NCBI GenBank assembly: GCA_903813345.2
Contig: CAIIXF020000001.1
Location: 15,686,001-15,750,000, forward strand
Length of the DNA stretch: 64,000 nt
Direction: 5' to 3'
Source: Owenia fusiformis
Lineage: Eukaryota
Positions 38,901-51,575 of this stretch are shown here, one piece after another (the first letter of the stretch is position 1; the number at the start of each line of letters is the position of its first letter). The position numbers and the translations under genes are program-made. The notes beneath the pieces are model-generated. The model did not search any database. It saw only the letters and a list, made by a program, of their open reading frames with translations, and was not told where the DNA came from.

Positions 38901-41900
38901 CAGAGTGTCCAGCAGAATAGATAGTATGGAGGATGACTTTGGTGTCTGTTTAATCACTTACCTGAATTAATCACTTACCTGAATTAATCACTTACCTGCA
39001 CCTATCAAAATCACTAACCTGCACCTTTCAGCTCTTCAATAAGATCTGCAATAACCTCAATCTGTTATGTCAGCTATGGGTGCTTCTATACAATTTGCAC
39101 AGAAGGAAAAGTATGTAAAAATTCATCAATAAAGAAACACAGTATTACATAATATGTTAGTGAATATAATTAGCATTTTCCCTTTATTAGTAGGTATATA
39201 AATACTTTCAAACGTTCAATATGAAAAAGAAACGTTATTAACGTTTTGTTAGTCATAATTGCTAAATTTGATACAAAAAATAAATTATTTTTACATCTTA
39301 TTTAGTTAATAACATGAATTCTTATATTATGGATGTTGACATCATTACAGCAATAAAGTTTTGAAAAATCAATCATTTTATCAATTGTGTTCTAACTTAC
39401 CTAAATGGAATATCTTATATGTACACGTGTTAACTGTGTTGATATAGTTGATACTGATAGTGCCTTATTAAATAAGATGGTTGGTTTTTGTTACCTGAAT
39501 GTACCACGCCCACTATACACAGTTGTTAACATTAAAAATCAATCTTGAGATGGTAACATTGACTTACAGATGATTTCAACCATGCTTACTTATACACAAC
39601 GACCTAAATATGTTTTCAAACTTACTGTGCAATATGAAATCATTGGTGGTGGATCTATCAAAATGTTTGCACTTCTTTGCACATAAGTTGTGATGCTATG
39701 GCAACGATTTCACCAAACATGATCAAACTTGCTGTATCAATTAACTACATACACATACATACTCCCTGAAAGTATGAATGTGATAGGAGGTAGATAACAG
39801 AAGTTACTTAAGATTGTTACCTGAAAGTGCCACGCCCACTTTTGAGTATTGTGAATGGTAGTGACAAAATATGACCACGGACTAGAGTCGTAGATTTCAT
39901 TTACCTTATCATTTTTATTATGTTGTCCTATTGATAACTCCTTAAATATGTTTTTAAAGTCAACTTTATGTCAGTTGGTCCAATCTGAAGAGATAAGCAG
40001 CCATTTACCTTTTAAAGATCTGATGGATTTATTTGAAATATTTACAGTTTTTCGCACTTAAGTTTTGTTGCCATGGCAACCACTTGACCAATCATGGTGA
40101 GATTTGTCATGGCAACTAGTTATACATAGATACATGATCACTAGAAATATAAATGTGATTGGAGGGATATGACAGAAATTATTAATGCTTATTCTAGTAC
40201 CCCCTCATAAAAGTAGCCAGGGGGGTATAAATGGCAATAATTCGAAGAGGCTGAAAAGCTAGACCCTATTATTTTCAAAATCAATGAGAATTGATATACT
40301 AAATATAATTAACATAATTCGAAAAATGCAATACCGTAAGCTAAAATTGGGTCTGAGCTCATCCAGTATGTGTCTGAACACCTCTTTCTAATATGAACAC
40401 CTCTCATGTGAACATTCTTTAAATCTGCAATATGTTAATAAAACTCAATTATTGAAACCAGCCAATCTGAATATGTTTTGTCAGTCGAAATGACATTTGA
40501 ATGTGACAGGTTTTACTGTACTGTATAACATTTAGGTGTATTATAAGAACTTTTGAATGCCTAAAGGATAAAAACATTATTGTAAACTTCAGTTGAATGA
40601 ATGTAACACATCTCATCTAATTTTTTAGTTTCAATTGCAAGATTGATATTTTTATCATATTTGACTGACTATTTTATATTTCTGATTTACAGAGGCTGAT
40701 AGGTCTATTACCATTCAGAAGGGTCCAAATGACAAAGGGTTTGGTTTCCATATTAAGGGTACTTGTCCAACCATCATTAGTACAGTGAACAAAGGTATGT
40801 TATACATTTATCCCGAACTTCAAAGCCAAATATGTTATTGCTAACTTACTTATATTTGCAGCAATATGGCTGTAGTATAATTTCAAGAAAAAAATTCATT
40901 TGAAAACAAAATTCATTTGTTGCACTTGGTGCACTTGTTTCAACTGGGTACACCCCAGTTCTCCGAAACCCAGTTGTCCGAAACCCAGTTGTCCGAAACC
41001 CAATTCCCCGAAACCCAGTTGTCCGAAACCCATTACTCCGAAAAATAAAGTCATAATTTACCAGAGAAAGGGGGGGGGGGCGTAGCTTACTTAAGCTTAC
41101 GTCAGTTTCATGCCATGTATTTGGCCAAATTAATGGCATGGACGCATTCTGATATTCATAAATCTCGCTCTCACTTTGAATTGCATCCATTGCATGGCGT
41201 TACCAGAATGGCAGGAACGGGAGATTTATTTTACATTGTGATTCTAAAAAAGGTTATTAAAACACAATATATATTACGGAACAGTTTATCTTATCTTCTT
41301 CAATCTCTTTTATATAGGCAAAATAAAATGAAACATTTTGAAACAATTAAAATAAGTTATCGCATAGAACTTTAAGAATAAAACAGTATACAAATTACGT
41401 TCATTTTGTCAAAATATTTCGTCGCATTTAATTTCTTAGTCTCGCGGTCTCTTATCAAATCGTAAAAGAATAAAACATTCTAAACTTAATCACTTGGGAT
41501 TTATGTTTCGGCATTCGTTTCAGGCATTTGTTTTTTATGTTCTTCTCCTGAAATGTATTTGTTTGACAATAATCAGAGAAAGTGCGTATACGTAGGCTAT
41601 AAATATGCCACGCAAACAAACGGGTGTGACTTCAATTTCTTGTCTGTCTGAGGACGTACTGGGAACGAGGTAGAATTAAAGAATTCTTATGAACGAGTCA
41701 TGCAAGATACTAGAACTAGTAAAGTAATGTATTGGATAAGTTAATTTCTGATGGATCTGGATAAAATATATTTCAAAACTTTGTCAACACTAATTAACTT
41801 CATTTAGGCAGATATAGTATCTTGATATATTTGGCTATCATGCGTTTAAAATACGTTCCTAAAACTATGAAGACGTTAGGTGAGAAATATTGCTATTGTA

Positions 41901-44900
41901 CGTTCGAAAAGTATTTGGTTGTATTTTGTAGTTCTCAAGTTACCCATGAACTTTCGTGGGCTAATTAACGTCTTGACTTCGCATATTTAGCCTAATTTTG
42001 CAATGATGTCATGTCAACGTGATTCAAATGTTATGCTGTCGTGATTCGCAGAGGTTGCGACAAGATTCGTTTTAAAAAAAATGTATTTTTTGATAAGATC
42101 CCCTTATTTTCGGAGAACTGGGTTTCGGACAACTGGGTTTCGGAGAATTGGGTTTCGGACAACTGGGTTTCGGACAACTGGGTTGACCCCGTTTCAACTT
42201 GCAAATAATTCATCCCCATTAGGCTGACAATCTCACACTTAAAGCAAGAGACATACCAACATTTTATCTGTATTTTAAAACCCCTAAAAATAATAGATAT
42301 GAATATGTGTCATATAAAAAGAGATTGCGAAAATTTAATTTTGTTCAAAAATTAAGAAAAATTAAAAAACGTTTGACTCAACTGGATTCAAATCTGCTCC
42401 GTCAAAACTGTTTAGAATCTTGCAGAGTTGCTTTATCTAATGCACTGTGTACATGTTTAATGGTGTTTTAAAGGTGGGGCTGCTGAGAGGTCAGGGGTAT
42501 TGGTTGGAGATGTGCTGGTCACATGTAATGCTATAAATGTAACAGCTGCCTCACATAGAGAAATACAGCAACAAATATCTGGTGAGCCTCATATTTATTC
42601 TGCTGCTTGTATTACATTCTGGCCTTGAATTAAAACATTTAGAGGCTGGGTCCAAATATCAACACTTTTTGTAAAAGCTAATTCAGTGACCTCCTTTTGT
42701 TGGTTTAAACTTGTCAAACATTAAAGTTATCCCGGACATCATTTTCAATGCTTTTCAATGGAGAAACTTGACTTACCTGCCCAGTATTCATTGAATTGGT
42801 TTGACAAAAACTCATTTGATTGATTGAATCCTTCATTGTTAGGTTCGGAGAGTCTGGAGATTGAGGTAACATCCTCCAGTGTTCTCCAGGCAGAGCCTGA
42901 TGAGGTGATCATGTCAGGCTATCTGACCAAGCAGAGTGCAGGCACCTTCAAGCTGCTCAGGAGGAGGTACTTTGTACTCAAACAGGACCATTGTATCTAC
43001 TACTATAAGACAGATAACTTCAAGGTACATACAAACTTACAACAACCTCCATTGAAAATGAGACATACATTTATTATAAAGTATGAATTTGTAATGATTT
43101 TTTTAATTGCCAGTATTATAATCTAAATGATGGATCTTGAAGAATCGATTTGTAGAATACCCTGCTTTTCCCTTTACCATAGTATATTAAATTCTTCAAC
43201 ATCATATGATTGAAAAGGAATAGATTTCTGCAACTTCTAATGTCTCTCTTTGGATATAAACATTTCCGGATTGATTGATTGGATTTTCATATGTAACCAC
43301 TGTTGTCTCTGTAGGATGAGGACCCTTTGGGAGCCATACCCCTACTGAACTATACAATTACCAAGGCAACAGAAATCAACAAAAAGTTTGCCTTCAAAGC
43401 TACTAAATATGGTGCACGGACCTATGTTCTCATTGCTGATAATGAAAATGATATGAATAGGTATGGGTTGTAGAATGATGGTACTGAATAAATCTCAACA
43501 GAATTTGTAATTGCAAAATAACTTAATAGCTGCAAAATAAGTAGTACACGGATAGTGATATTTTCACATGAAAATTTGTTAACAAAAAATACCTCACTTG
43601 ACCTTTTAGTACAATAAATGGACTAATTTTTATCTAAAAACAAAAGTTATAGTACTTTAGTGTGGAAAATGGAAACAATGTAGTTTAATTGTATATTTTC
43701 AGCTGGGCAAATGCGATGAATCAGGCTGCAGTAGCTACTAAAAACAAAAAGGTGAATACCTTAATTCAATAAAGTACCCTTAATTAGCAGTGATTTAGTA
43801 CACAAGTGAAACCTGTAAAGTGGAACACTTCTAGAAGTGGAATGTCTCTGTTAGTGGAACACTTTTCAGAGCCCCAAGGCCAACTGACTAAAAGTTAAAA
43901 CACCTCCCAAGTAGAAGTTAGAACACTTTTTAGATTTACCAAAAGTGCTGTACTTAGACATGTTTTACTGTATTATTCTTCAGTGCTGTTTTTTCTTGTT
44001 ATTCATATATAAATACTGGTTTGGATGATAGCTCAATTGTTTAACTGAATAACAATTAATATTATGTTTTGAACATGGTCCCCTCTAAAGGTTGAGTCAA
44101 TGTCTGACCTTATCATTTATTTTAATCATATCAATGTGTTTGACATTTTATCAAATGTTAACTAAAGTTATATACATGCTATCAATGTTAAACATTCTAT
44201 GGGAAATTAGTAACCGCTGTAAACCTTTGACATTTTATAGAATGAGACATGGCTTGATGTTAGCTCCCATAATGTAGGTCTCCCAGCTCTGTCCATTAAG
44301 AACCCTGAGTGCCATGGTATACTCTTCAAAATGGCAAACAGACGAAAGACATACCAGAAGCGATATTGTGTGCTAAAAGATGCATGTCTGTACTACTACC
44401 TTGGTGTTAACTCAACAACAGCTCAGGGTATTTCATATATTTTTATATATGCATATTAAATACTATTAAATACAATATGTGCTCCAAATATACAATGTGG
44501 TCTATACAGTATTTACAAAATATCTTCTATACATATAAACTCTATCTATATTTAGACAATATATACTAAATAATAAATAATATTTATGTGAATAGATAAT
44601 TGCTCACACATCCCTGGTTTTTGTCAAATGTTCCACTTGTTAAGTGTGACATTAAATGTCAAACGACTACTTCAAAATGATACTTAACACGATAAGTTGG
44701 TGTGTCGTGACTTTTGCTTGTATATTTATCACTAATTGGAAGTTCAAGTTAACATTAAAGTAGGTATGATTTATAATTTTATTACTCAAATTAAACTTCA
44801 ATTGTTCAACCTTCGCAATAATGTTAAAAAGATAGTGGGTTTTGTACTGAATAGTGGAATATTTGATGATTAAGAAAATGCAACTTTTATTTGAAAAATG

Positions 44901-46451
44901 GCAGAATATTTGAGTACCGAAGAAATAAAAAACTGACATTTTCCCCCAAATTTCTTTTTCAAAAATCTCTAGAATAACCTTCAAAGTCATGGAAAGTAGT
45001 AAATGGATGGCCTTTGACACTTTTAAACAGACACCAAATATACCCCACACATAGACTGAACATTTTATATCATCCGGTTACCTGTTCCAAAGTTATCCTC
45101 AAAGTGAGAAAACCAGAAATTATTCCTTCTTTCCGTATTTGATTTCCTGATTTGTTTGCCAATTAACACTTCAATGACATTTAAAACAAGACTACCTGAA
45201 CATGTTTAGTAAGGTTACTGTGACATGTAATGGAAATGCTTTATCTACGAGTTCTACACATTTTCAAGAGGCACTTGTTGAATTATCTATTTGATTTATG
45301 ACTGTGTAAATTTGAATGTATGTTTCATTTGGGAGGGAGGGGGTCAACGTTAATTGATATATATGATGTTAGAGATACAAGGTGGAGGTGTTGAGGGTCT
45401 TCATTAAATTCATTTCTCAAAACATATATGCATTATTATGTCACTACCATAAGTAGTGACATATTATTATAGTCTCAAACTTATTCTTGGACAGTGTTCT
45501 GCAGTTGGTGTTGGGAGTTTGTGGTGTTCAGCATTTGGCAGTTGGACTCTGTAACAAATGGCAGGTGGTGATATTTTGCCTCGTTAATTTTGATGTACCC
45601 CTCCTCTAACTGCCACATGAATAAATACATATTCAACTTTCAAGCTATCCAGAAATAACAAGTTGTTAATGTTGTACATTATGTTATCATGTCACCATCA
45701 GAAATTGTACATATTGTTATAGTCTCCAACTTTTTTATGGACAGTTTGGCGGTTGGTGTTCTCTGTTCAGGTGTTGTTGCTGTAACAAATGGCAGGTGAT
45801 GACATTTGCATGTTGATAACTTGTTACAGTTTGTGTTGTTGTTGTCTTATTTCAGGTGTAGCCCATCTACAGGGTTATAAACTAGAACAGTTGACAGTCT
45901 CCAAGAAGAGATATTTGTTTGCCTTGACACCACCGGAGCCTAAAATGAGAGCATTCCAGTTTTACACTGACCATGAATTTGACTATAACAGGTATGGTTT
46001 CCTTTCTTTGTTGATATTCAAAATTCTATAAATCATTATTCTCCCACTCAGTTAAACGAGGAAGATATTTCTATTGATCTTTAGATCTCTTGATATTCAT
46101 TCCAGTACCAAAAAGTACAAATACAGTACATTCATAAGCAAGAAGCGTTCCAAATGTTTGACAATACAAAGATTGTAACAAATATCTTAGAATTATTGAT
46201 ACAGTATAACCTGTGTATTCTAACACCTCTGTCATCTGAACACCTCTCAATGAATACTTTTTTATAATCTCCCATTGCTCCCCATATTAAGAAACCTTAA
46301 CATATGAACAGTCTCAGTGGCAATTAGATTAGACAGGTTTTACGGGACATGTAATTAACTCATCCCATCAACCTGGATAAATGTTTGGTTTTGTAGGTGG
46401 GCAACCGCACTGACACAGTCCATTGGCAGGTGGAAGAAAATGGAAGATTAA
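31911..46451 (+). CDS. PDZPH1: PDZ and tandem PH domain protein (Pdzph1-like) with long disordered N-terminus, 788 aa; join(31911..32967,34273..34404,35955..36167,40693..40794,42474..42581,42843..43024,43315..43460,43703..43751,44241..44427,45856..45991,46397..46451)
   Basis: Exons total 2367 nt with consistent phases. PDZ: KGFGFHIKG...GGAAERSGVLVGDVL. PH1: MSGYLTKQ...RRRYFVLK...PLGAIPL...SWANAM. PH2: CHGILFK...KRYCVLKDACLYYY...RWATAL. The symbol rests on domain architecture only. Confidence 0.9.
34273..34404 (+). CDS. PDZ-PH-PH exon 2
   Basis: GIYAETHRRSTWLFMG..., phase 1-1. Confidence 0.85.
35578..35896 (-). mobile_element. tRNA-derived SINE (~320 bp) inserted into a short HINE
   Basis: Minus-strand head with A box TAGCTCAGTGGT and B-box-like GATTCGATCC (35896-35828); short CAATA-type tail; splits a short-HINE copy into 35466-35577 and 35897-35940. 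Confidence 0.6.
35955..36167 (+). CDS. PDZ-PH-PH exon 3
   Basis: HERKESTGTTYSEMEYR..., phase 1-1. Confidence 0.85.
37059..40368 (-). mobile_element. Internally deleted Academ-like DNA transposon #2, ~690-bp TIRs, in intron 3 of the PDZ-PH-PH gene
   Basis: TGT|TACTGGATGAGCTCAGACCC...GGGTCTGAGCTCATCCAGTA|TGT; near-identical arms 37059-37750 and 39675-40368; XPG-like remnant inside. Confidence 0.88.
38197..38948 (-). pseudogene. Degraded Academ-type XPG/PIN nuclease coding remnant
   Basis: DTKVILH...VVRSVYRDVFLLL, frameshift, ALPGFHAFPDCD*TSAF (GCD motif), frameshift, LPPCKDS..QHTHRANYQTYIW..P..HGW. Confidence 0.8.
40693..40794 (+). CDS. PDZ-PH-PH exon 4 (PDZ N-half)
   Basis: KGPNDKGFGFHIKGTCPTII. 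Confidence 0.9.
40946..42190. mobile_element. Mutator-like non-autonomous element with 15-bp subterminal tandem repeats and 9-bp TSD
   Basis: GTTTCAACT at 40937-40945 and 42191-42199; (CCCAGTTGTCCGAAA)n x6 on the left, inverted x5 on the right. Confidence 0.85.
42474..42581 (+). CDS. PDZ-PH-PH exon 5 (PDZ C-half)
   Basis: GAAERSGVLVGDVLVTCNAINVTAASHREI. Confidence 0.9.
42843..43024 (+). CDS. PDZ-PH-PH exon 6 (PH1)
   Basis: MSGYLTKQSAGTFKLLRRRYFVLK. Confidence 0.92.
43315..43460 (+). CDS. PDZ-PH-PH exon 7 (PH1)
   Basis: DPLGAIPLLNYTI...ARTYVLIADNENDMN. Confidence 0.92.
43703..43751 (+). CDS. PDZ-PH-PH exon 8
   Basis: WANAMNQAA (PH C-terminal helix). Confidence 0.88.
44241..44427 (+). CDS. 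PDZ-PH-PH exon 9 (PH2)
   Basis: PECHGILFK...KRYCVLKDACLYYY. Confidence 0.92.
45450..45822 (-). mobile_element. Two copies of a ~130-bp short HINE-like family
   Basis: ATGTCACCAC..GTGGTGACATATTGTTATAGTCTCCAAC...GGTGACATTTTGC; other copies at ~16960, 22990, 23860, 35466, 49168 and 54720. Confidence 0.65.
45856..45991 (+). CDS. PDZ-PH-PH exon 10 (PH2)
   Basis: GVAHLQGY...LFALTPPEPKMRAFQF. Confidence 0.9.
46397..46451 (+). CDS. PDZ-PH-PH exon 11 (terminal)
   Basis: RWATALTQSIGRWKKMED*. Confidence 0.88.
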
Positions 46452-48257
46452 CATTTTGCGGTGGATTAATAGACACATTATATTATTTTCGAGATTACTC
46501 TACAGTACTGCATCAGATTGATGAAATCACAAGATGTAACTTTTATAAAATATTTAATGATGTCTGAACATTTATTTTCTATTTGGAGAAACCTAATTAT
46601 TTTTATATTCATTTTTGAAAAAAATGTTTTGATATGCATTTTGAATCTATTTCGATGCCATGCTGATTTGTATAAATGTAAGATTTTTTGCAAATGTAGT
46701 GGATTAAATGATTGTTTCATTGCAATGAGCTTCCATTATTGAATATTTAATATTTTAATGTGTTTAATATTAAGATGTTGATGGAGCTGTGTTAAAATGC
46801 TTCTTGTCCTTTTGTTTGTGATTATTTATTGTAACTTACATTTTTAAAACGTGTACATGTATTTAAAATATGAATTGATTCATTCCATGGAATGGCATAC
46901 TTGAAGAATACTTAAACTAAAGGCTTCATGTGTATCTTATATGTGTTTTATCCCGAGGAACAAAGTTGGTAGGGATATTATGGCTTATGTTCAGAGATTA
47001 TCAAAATCTCTATTCTACATGAATGGATATAAAATGGCATGAAAAATGAATGAGAAATGTAAGACAAAGAATATACCAATGAGATTTTTATTAACCTGAC
47101 CTCTATTGGTGGGATTATGTGAAATACATATACAGGTTATTTGAAAATGTCAAAAGGGAATGCTTTAAAATATCATCCTCCTAAGCCGCTGTCCAGAATC
47201 CGTACCTCCTTCTTCCCCCTGCTATAAGCAGTTAGCATTTCCCCGATTAAGAACTCACAGTTTGATTCGCTGTCACAACAGTGCGACAGCAATCATGTAT
47301 ACGTCATTGGCGCCTAATTAGATCACATGTTTCAGTTTAATCGGGCGCTTCCAACTTGGTTATACTAGGGGGTAAAAAGAAAGAAGATATTCTGAGTTTT
47401 GAAACCCTGTGATCTGAGGATGTAAATTATCGAAGCTCTTGATTCCCACATGAAAAAAAGCCTTTAAGTAAAAAATGTTTATGCTACGCTGGGGAATGAC
47501 TCGATTTGACCCCTGATGAATAGAAGTCTAGAGGCTTAATGCAAGGATGAAATTTGTAATCATATTTAGAAATTTTAGTTCAATTTTCATAAGTGCAGTT
47601 ACTGAACACAGTGCCATGACTTTTAAACATTAGAAATATACCCTAAAGTATATGTATGACATTTAATGTAAGACTTTACATACTCATTAGCTGTATTAGA
47701 CTAATTTGGAGTTTGAATGTTTTGTTCAAACGATAATTGATGTAGATTTTTCTATAAAAATGATGTTGTAATGATGAATGCCATATTTTTGAGATTTAAA
47801 TTCCTCTTGGCCAAAGCTTATGGTATTTAATAGTAATGTATAATGTAAATTCAATCATACGTTGTGTAGTTGTATCTGACTAAAGTATATATTAATGTAT
47901 GCATAATGGTACCTTGTAAATGTTTTGACATTATGATTTTTCTTTTTGGGATTTAAGCGCTGATTATTCTTATAGGTGTGTTCAAAAGATCTTTCTGATA
48001 AATCCTGCCACCTTTTGATCCATCAGAGAAACTATATATTGTCTAGCTTGACGATGTCATGGGTTGTAATTTTAAAATTAGCAATAAGTTAATCTTATTT
48101 TTGCTTGGTCAGATTTCTACCTACAACCACTGACATCATCAATTTAGTCAATACATGTGTATCAGAGTTTTTTTAATAAATTGAAAGGTGGCATGATTTA
48201 AAAAAACAATCTATTCCTGATAAACAGTGTACAATGTAGGATCAGAGTAAAACTATA

Positions 48258-48447
48258 CAGTAAAACCTGTCTTAGTGAACATCTCTCTCTAGTGCACACC
48301 TGTCTCTAGTCGACACCCTTCCTCCCATACTCTACTGACTTCTGTATAAAACACCCTCTCTGTATTGAACACTTACCTACAGTGAACACAGTATTGAACA
48401 CTTACCTACAGTGAATTCATGGTGTCCATTGTAAACAGGTTTTACTG
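48258..48447. mobile_element. Tigger/pogo-like MITE
   Basis: TA|CAGTAAAACCTGT...ACAGGTTTTACTG|TA. Confidence 0.78.
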
Positions 48448-49465
48448 TATTTTCAGTATTATGGTTTATACTCTAACAGTGTAACATTCAGGCAATGCAT
48501 TTTAATGATGTATTTGTCACAACCACGTCTATTGCCCATCAAAAATGTAATGCCTTTTCAGTTCTCTATTTTATGTGTCCCATTAACAGATCAATTATAG
48601 GCTATGTAATGTCAGAGGATCTGTTAAACATTAAAAGATTTGATCAATATGAATAAAATGTAGGTACTTAAGACATGTTCCTTGTACAGTAAAATCAGTC
48701 ATATTGGCACATTTCGATCATTTGATGATATAATAATTGAGTTTGTGCAGTAAATCATCATCTACTCGTATAACAGAAAAATCACAGAATGAGTATTAGA
48801 GTATGAATGAATGAATGAACTGGTGTATATTGAGTTATTATTTGGTGCAATGAGGTAACATATTTTATTTGATCAAACTTATCATGATTATTTAAAAATA
48901 TAATTATCTTCAATAATATGAATATTCATGGGTGTATTATCTCTGGGAACTGATAGGTGCATTTCTAATGTAAAGTGATACCCGTGACAATAAATATACT
49001 CGTATGCTGTAGTATTCTAGTATATTCAGCACAGTATTACTGTTAAGATCAACAATAAATTGAGTTATAATGTGGAGGTGTACAATTTATCGAAACAGGC
49101 AAATCACATCAGGGTGTATGAGGCTGTATAAAAGGCCCATTGGCACGACATTCTATGTTAAACCTTGTTTTGTCACCCCCTCAAGTGGTAACATATTTTA
49201 TAGTCTCCAACTTTTTGTGGATGACTTTCGCCGGTTGGTGTTCTGTGGTCAGCGTTTGGTGGCCAGTTTCTGTAACAGATGGTGATGACATTTTGCCTAT
49301 AAATGCTTGTATGGGCTTTGTAACTGCATTATAACTTGGAAGAGCAATTGGTTAGACAGTAAACAAGGTATTCACAGGCAGTATCCATGCCTTTTCATAG
49401 CATGTGCAACAATTTGGTATTGCTACAAGGGGTTTCTCCATATGTAACTTCTACAACTACATGTA

Positions 49466-50408
49466 ATTATCCCACCGAACGAAGTTCGAGGGGGATATAG
49501 AAAAGCCGTCCGTCCGTTTGTCCGTCCGTCCGTTCGTCCGTCTGTCCGTTCTTCCGTCCGTCCGTTCGTGTGTCCGGGCAATAACTCAAATACCGGTTGA
49601 CGGATTTCATTCAAATTTTATAGGTCTATGCCTTATGGGTGTAGGACCTCTGCTCGAGAAGGAATTTTCAATATGGCCGCTTAATTAAAAAAGGCGGCCA
49701 TTTTTCGGAAAAAATATAATCTTTAATAACTCAAATACTCTTGGATGGATTTGGTTAAAATTTTATATGCTGTTGCCTGGGTACAAAGGATCCTTGCTCA
49801 AGAAGACATTTTCAAGATGGCAACCAAATTTCAAAATGGCGGCCATTTTTCGTAAAAAAAACATTATCTTTGATAACTCAAATACCATTGAATGGATTTG
49901 GTTCAAATTTTAGATGCTGATGCTTAGGGACATAGGAGCTCTGCTCGAGAAAGGATTTTCAAGATGGCAGCTAAATTTCAAAATGGCAGCCATTTTTCGT
50001 AAAAAAAAACATCTTTGATAACTCAATTACCATTGAATGGATTTGGTTCAAATTTTACATGATGATGCCTAGGGACACAGGAGCTCTGCTCGAGAAGGGA
50101 TTTTCAAGGTGGTAGCTAAATTTCAAAATGGCCGCCATTTTTCATAAAAGAAAGTAACCTTCGATAACTCAAATACCAAATGACGGATTTGGTTCAAATT
50201 CTATATGCTGATGCCTAGAGACAAAGAAGTTCTGCTCAAAAATAAATTTTCAAGATGGCCACTGAATTTCAAAATGGCAACCATGTTTCATAAAAACATA
50301 ATCTTTGATAATTCAAATACCAGTGGATGAATTTGGCTCAAATTTTTTATCAAAACATGTTTTGTTCGGTGGGATTTGCTACTCCGTGGAGTTGCTGTTT
50401 TTCTAGTT
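49466..50408 (-). mobile_element. HINE / pearl-like element with ~5 internal 146-bp tandem repeats
   Basis: Same termini as the 25942 element, (GTCC)n microsatellite, units at 49581, 49727, 49873, 50018, 50164 and 50308. Confidence 0.85.
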
Positions 50409-51575
50409 GTAATATAACTATGCCACCATATTGTTGCACATGGTATGTTATGTACTCGTATGTTTCTTCTTGATCTGAAAGGTGTTCAACTAAATGAGAA
50501 AGCTAATATATACTGGACATACCATATGCATATATATAGGTAATATAATATGGTTTATTTTAGTAAAAAATCAAGGTGTACAATTCATTAAAAACAATTA
50601 TTTACATTTTAGTGATAGACATGAAGATTATATTTACATTTGTATTCATATGAAATGGAGTGATAAGCTTAGATTATTTACATTGGAAAATTAGAAAAAT
50701 ATTTAGAATGTTATAAATAAATGTACTGGTAGATGTACAAACTTAAGGTGAGCCTTTGTTGCTTGGTTGAACTTTAGGTAGGCACAATTCCTCTGCCATA
50801 TTTCTCCTGTTGGTCTCTAGGCTCAATAAAACTCATTATTTCATTGAGCCTACCATCAATGGAGACTGGATCTGTCTAGGGGTCTGTGAAGGTAGGCAGA
50901 GTTGGATGAATTTAAGACTTCAAATGCATGGTTTTTATAGTTGATTTGTCATACCATTCATTCTTCTCCGCTTACCTTAACCATTGAAATTAGATTCACA
51001 TCTATCTACTGTAATCATTCCACTTTGGATCTGAACCCTATCTTGCACAAAAGTCAGAAAATAAACTATACAAGACATATGGATAATTAACAGTTACATC
51101 ATAATGCTTTGATAATACATATATATCATATTATATATATCATTTAGTACATAGTACCAATTTTGCATAATTATAACATTATTTAACAAAATTGAAATGT
51201 TCACTCGAAGGCAGACTTGTCTGTTTCTGAAGCCATTTAGAAACAAATATTTGCGGAGAAAATATTTCAATGTATTTCCCAAAGGGGCCATTACCAGAGG
51301 ATTTCATGAATTCATGATGCTAATTAACTGTGTCCATTCTCATATCGTTCCAAATAGCTTAGCATAGGAAGAGAACAATACGACATATTTTATGTGATGA
51401 ATGAAGATACAAGGATTTGTGCCTAAACATCATTTTAAAATTTGAGATGGAATTTAATTGAACTGATAGAAACAGAGAGAATAAACCTTTGATTTTTAAC
51501 TTTACAATCTTTACTTAGTACATTACAAAATGAATGATTCAACCATATTCACGGCATACTTTAAAGATAATATAA

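Noticed and set aside
40846..41190. FRTTG / PKPSC repeat peptides
   Set aside because: Translation of 15-bp subterminal transposon repeats
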